From IMG/VR virus record IMGVR_UViG_3300024268_000040: 20,843 nucleotides of DNA; one strand, given 5' to 3'. Source of the DNA: a virus. Taxonomy: Duplodnaviria > Heunggongvirae > Uroviricota > Caudoviricetes. The number at the start of each line of letters is the position of its first letter. The stretch's first letter is position 1. This document shows, in pieces, positions 19,001-20,843 of the stretch. The notes under the pieces were generated by a model that was not told the origin of the DNA, searched no databases, and was given only the letters and a program-made list of their open reading frames with translations. The translations under genes were made by a program, and so were the position numbers.

Positions 19001-20843
19001 GTACGATATTTCACTGTTCCTGCAGTCTCCTCAGCAGCCCCGGCCGCACTTAACTGAAATTTCGTACTTGCCTTAACAATACCACAACTTCCACCAAAAG
19101 CAGTTAAACCAATAACTTTATTTCCATCTTCAATTTTTGTAGGAGCATTGCCATTTAATTTAAACAACCAAGAGGAAGTAAATTCAGAAGTCTATCCGAC
19201 TCCATTAGCTCCAATACTGAGATCAATTTCTTCATTATTAAAATCTCTTAAAGATACATCTAAAATTAAATTTTTAGTGGGTAAAGTTGCTACCTAATTT
19301 GTAGCAGGATTAATAGATAAAGTATATTTAGTACCATTGCTACCTATTACTCCAAAATTAAAAAATTCTTCGCCACTTACAATATCATTATCAGTAGCAG
19401 CTCTAAATTCACATTTAATAGAATTAATACTTGCGGAAGCATCATAGTACGGTTTAATTTTATACCAAAAATCTCTTGTATCAAATCCATTACCATCCAA
19501 GAAAGTCCATTTACCAGACTCATCTTTTTCTCCCTAAATCTATTTATAAAAACAAATATATCCAGCTTTTGAATAAGGTGGTTTTGGATTCATTTCATAA
19601 TCAGTGACAAATCCATGAGCGATAAGCTCATCAATATTAACAGTTAACATAGTTGAAGTAATAGGAACGTACCAATAAATACCTCCGCTAGCAAGGATTT
19701 CATCACCATATAATAAACCATCATATTTAACTCGAATTTGTCGTAAATGGCTTGCGTCAGCGCTATCCATTAAATAATTAGTTAAATTATAGCATTGATA
19801 ATCATTGCGAGATTTATCAATATGTTCAAAGATTAATAAATCTCCTGTTTCAATATTTGCGGTTTCGGGTATCCGATCTTCGTTAGTAAAAATTAACTCA
19901 TCGCTTTCATACATTGCATGATTATAAAATAATACTGCTTTGTATTTTTCTTCAGATTCATTAAATCTCATTATAACATCAATTAATCCCTCTCCTGGAG
20001 CGAGTTTAATTGCATTATAAGTTTTACCATCAATTTTTTCACCTTTACCAGGAACACCTATATTGCGAGGAAGTTCAGTTAATCTACGCCAACCGTTAGA
20101 TAAAAACTAATGAACTTCATTATTAACATAATCTTTATCATATCTAAACCAATAAATACAATACTTATTATCATAAGCACTTAAATCTTTCTTAATATAA
20201 GATTTCCATTGAGTTTTTGTATTTTTGTAAGATTGTAAAGTATTATAATCAACACCATTAAAAACATCAATTGGAAAATCATATTTACTTTCTGGATCTA
20301 AATACTCTTCCAAAGTATTTAGCACTCGTTCCAATCGTATTTTATAAGTGTCATAAACTCCTGCATATCCACTATATGCGGCAGCATCTCCATACACTCC
20401 TGGTTTAATGACATTATTTAATAACGCTTCAATCTTTTGTCGCACAGTTTTAAAAGCAATCTTTATATTATTTCCATAGTGAATATCCCATTTACTATTC
20501 CAGTTATTTATTTTTTCACTATCGCTAGCCCATTCAAGATTTTGAGTTTTTACACCATGTGCTAATACACCCTTATATTGTGCTTCCAAAAGCTCAAGAT
20601 TGTCATCAATATCTGCGGCAAGGGCAGCTAAAGAATCGGACCCTCCGGCGGCCGCAAGCGCAATTAATTTATCAATTTCATTTGTAAAAGTAGTAACTCC
20701 TTCTACCTAAGAACGCAAAGCTCTTAAAGTAGTTGTTAAATCCTAAGTGACTACTTTCATTGCCTTTGTAATTAAAGGAATAGCTTCTTCTAGATTAGCA
20801 GCAAGATTTAAACTATCTCGGTCTGTCGGGATACCTTCTCTAC
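16033..20843 (-). CDS. Gene A: >1602-aa large tail/central-fibre-like virion protein (start outside window)
   Basis: One frame joins seven track ORFs via 18 TAG (20743, 20707, 20107, 19540, 19534, 19294, 19192, 18736, 18583, 18367, 18259, 18001, 17896, 17398, 17242, 16975, 16255, 16090) with no TAA/TGA until 16033. Fibre motifs: AISGSAISGGTISGTNISG, GxxGIG repeats, VGSTNWPVYFSDGIPVA, GSAGQVLATN…LEW. Confidence 0.85.
16705..16995 (-). repeat. Four tandem 24-25-aa repeats in gene A
   Basis: GHLKIGQSSYNNDYHLYVNGKSYLT / GHVGIGIAPNDTWDLRVNGKTRIG / GHTGIGTDPVDDYVLKVSGDTYIT / GNLGIGIEPDNNYDLRVNGKSYFS; spacing 75, 72, 72, 72 nt. Confidence 0.85.
17398..18204 (-). repeat. Three degenerate 70-125-aa repeats in gene A
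   Basis: Units begin GMKIDLNDGYIDI (18204), GTYFDLVKGYIDAFNFKL (17832) and GMKIDLSTGHIHAFDFEL (17616). Units 1 and 2 end LISIGLNNYFLQSRNY and LIYIGSDGYYLKSDDF. Confidence 0.7.

Larger units (their letters stand above)
1..20843 (-). other. Phage late/structural gene module using an alternative genetic code (TAG = Gln, table 15)
   Basis: Successive TAG-terminated ORF fragments share a frame and join with no TAA/TGA between them (one exception, 3002-3004). Joined genes start at SD-preceded ATG/TTG and abut or overlap their neighbours. The proteins carry tail-fibre, coiled-coil and tail-hub-like motifs. Confidence 0.93.

Noticed and set aside
188-20589. Interpretation as a decayed prophage with many pseudogenes or as sequencing errors
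   Set aside because: 62 of the 63-plus-1 internal stops would have to be coincidentally the same codon: 63 are TAG and only one is TGA, with no TAA and no frameshift in about 20 kb. Decay or error would give mixed stops and indels.
1-20843. TGA reassignment (table 4/25) or pyrrolysine at TAG
   Set aside because: TGA ends genes C and E with start-codon overlaps, and only one internal TGA exists. TAG is far too frequent and too complementary to CAG use for pyrrolysine.
1-20843. Suppressor tRNA, release factor, CRISPR array, intron/intein, or DGR template repeat
   Set aside because: The window is almost fully protein coding. The intergenic gaps (at most 150 nt) hold no cloverleaf or spaced direct repeats, and I saw no intein, homing-endonuclease or reverse-transcriptase motifs. 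The recoding machinery, if encoded, lies outside this window.

Overview
AT-rich bacteriophage virion-structure (tail/baseplate/fibre) module. All genes lie on the minus strand and are co-oriented, and both end genes are truncated by the window edges. The supplied ORF track is misleading because the phage appears to read TAG as glutamine (translation table 15). By manual translation, the minus-strand ORF fragments that end in TAG join in frame into 10 tightly packed genes, and the 9 whose ends are visible stop at TAA (7) or TGA (2), never TAG. I counted 63 in-frame TAG codons. Gene order along transcription (right to left): A, >1602-aa tail/fibre-like protein (16033->20843); B, 122-aa DUF1617-like protein; C, 850-aa FN3/Dit-like protein; D, 815-aa DUF5048-like hub protein; E, 116 aa; F, 271 aa; G, 486 aa, H, 452 aa and I, 788 aa, all fibre-like; J, >1314-aa protein with LamG-like and CotH-kinase-like regions (<1-3946). 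Main oddities: TAG and CAG use is reciprocal between genes (B and I have no TAG); gene J has a single in-frame TGA; a kinase-like domain sits in a virion-module gene; three genes share an N-terminal module; and two intergenic hairpins have alternative pairing partners. Strong Shine-Dalgarno sites suggest a Bacillota host. No tRNA, CRISPR array or mobile element was seen. Family assignments are motif recognition from memory, not database searches.
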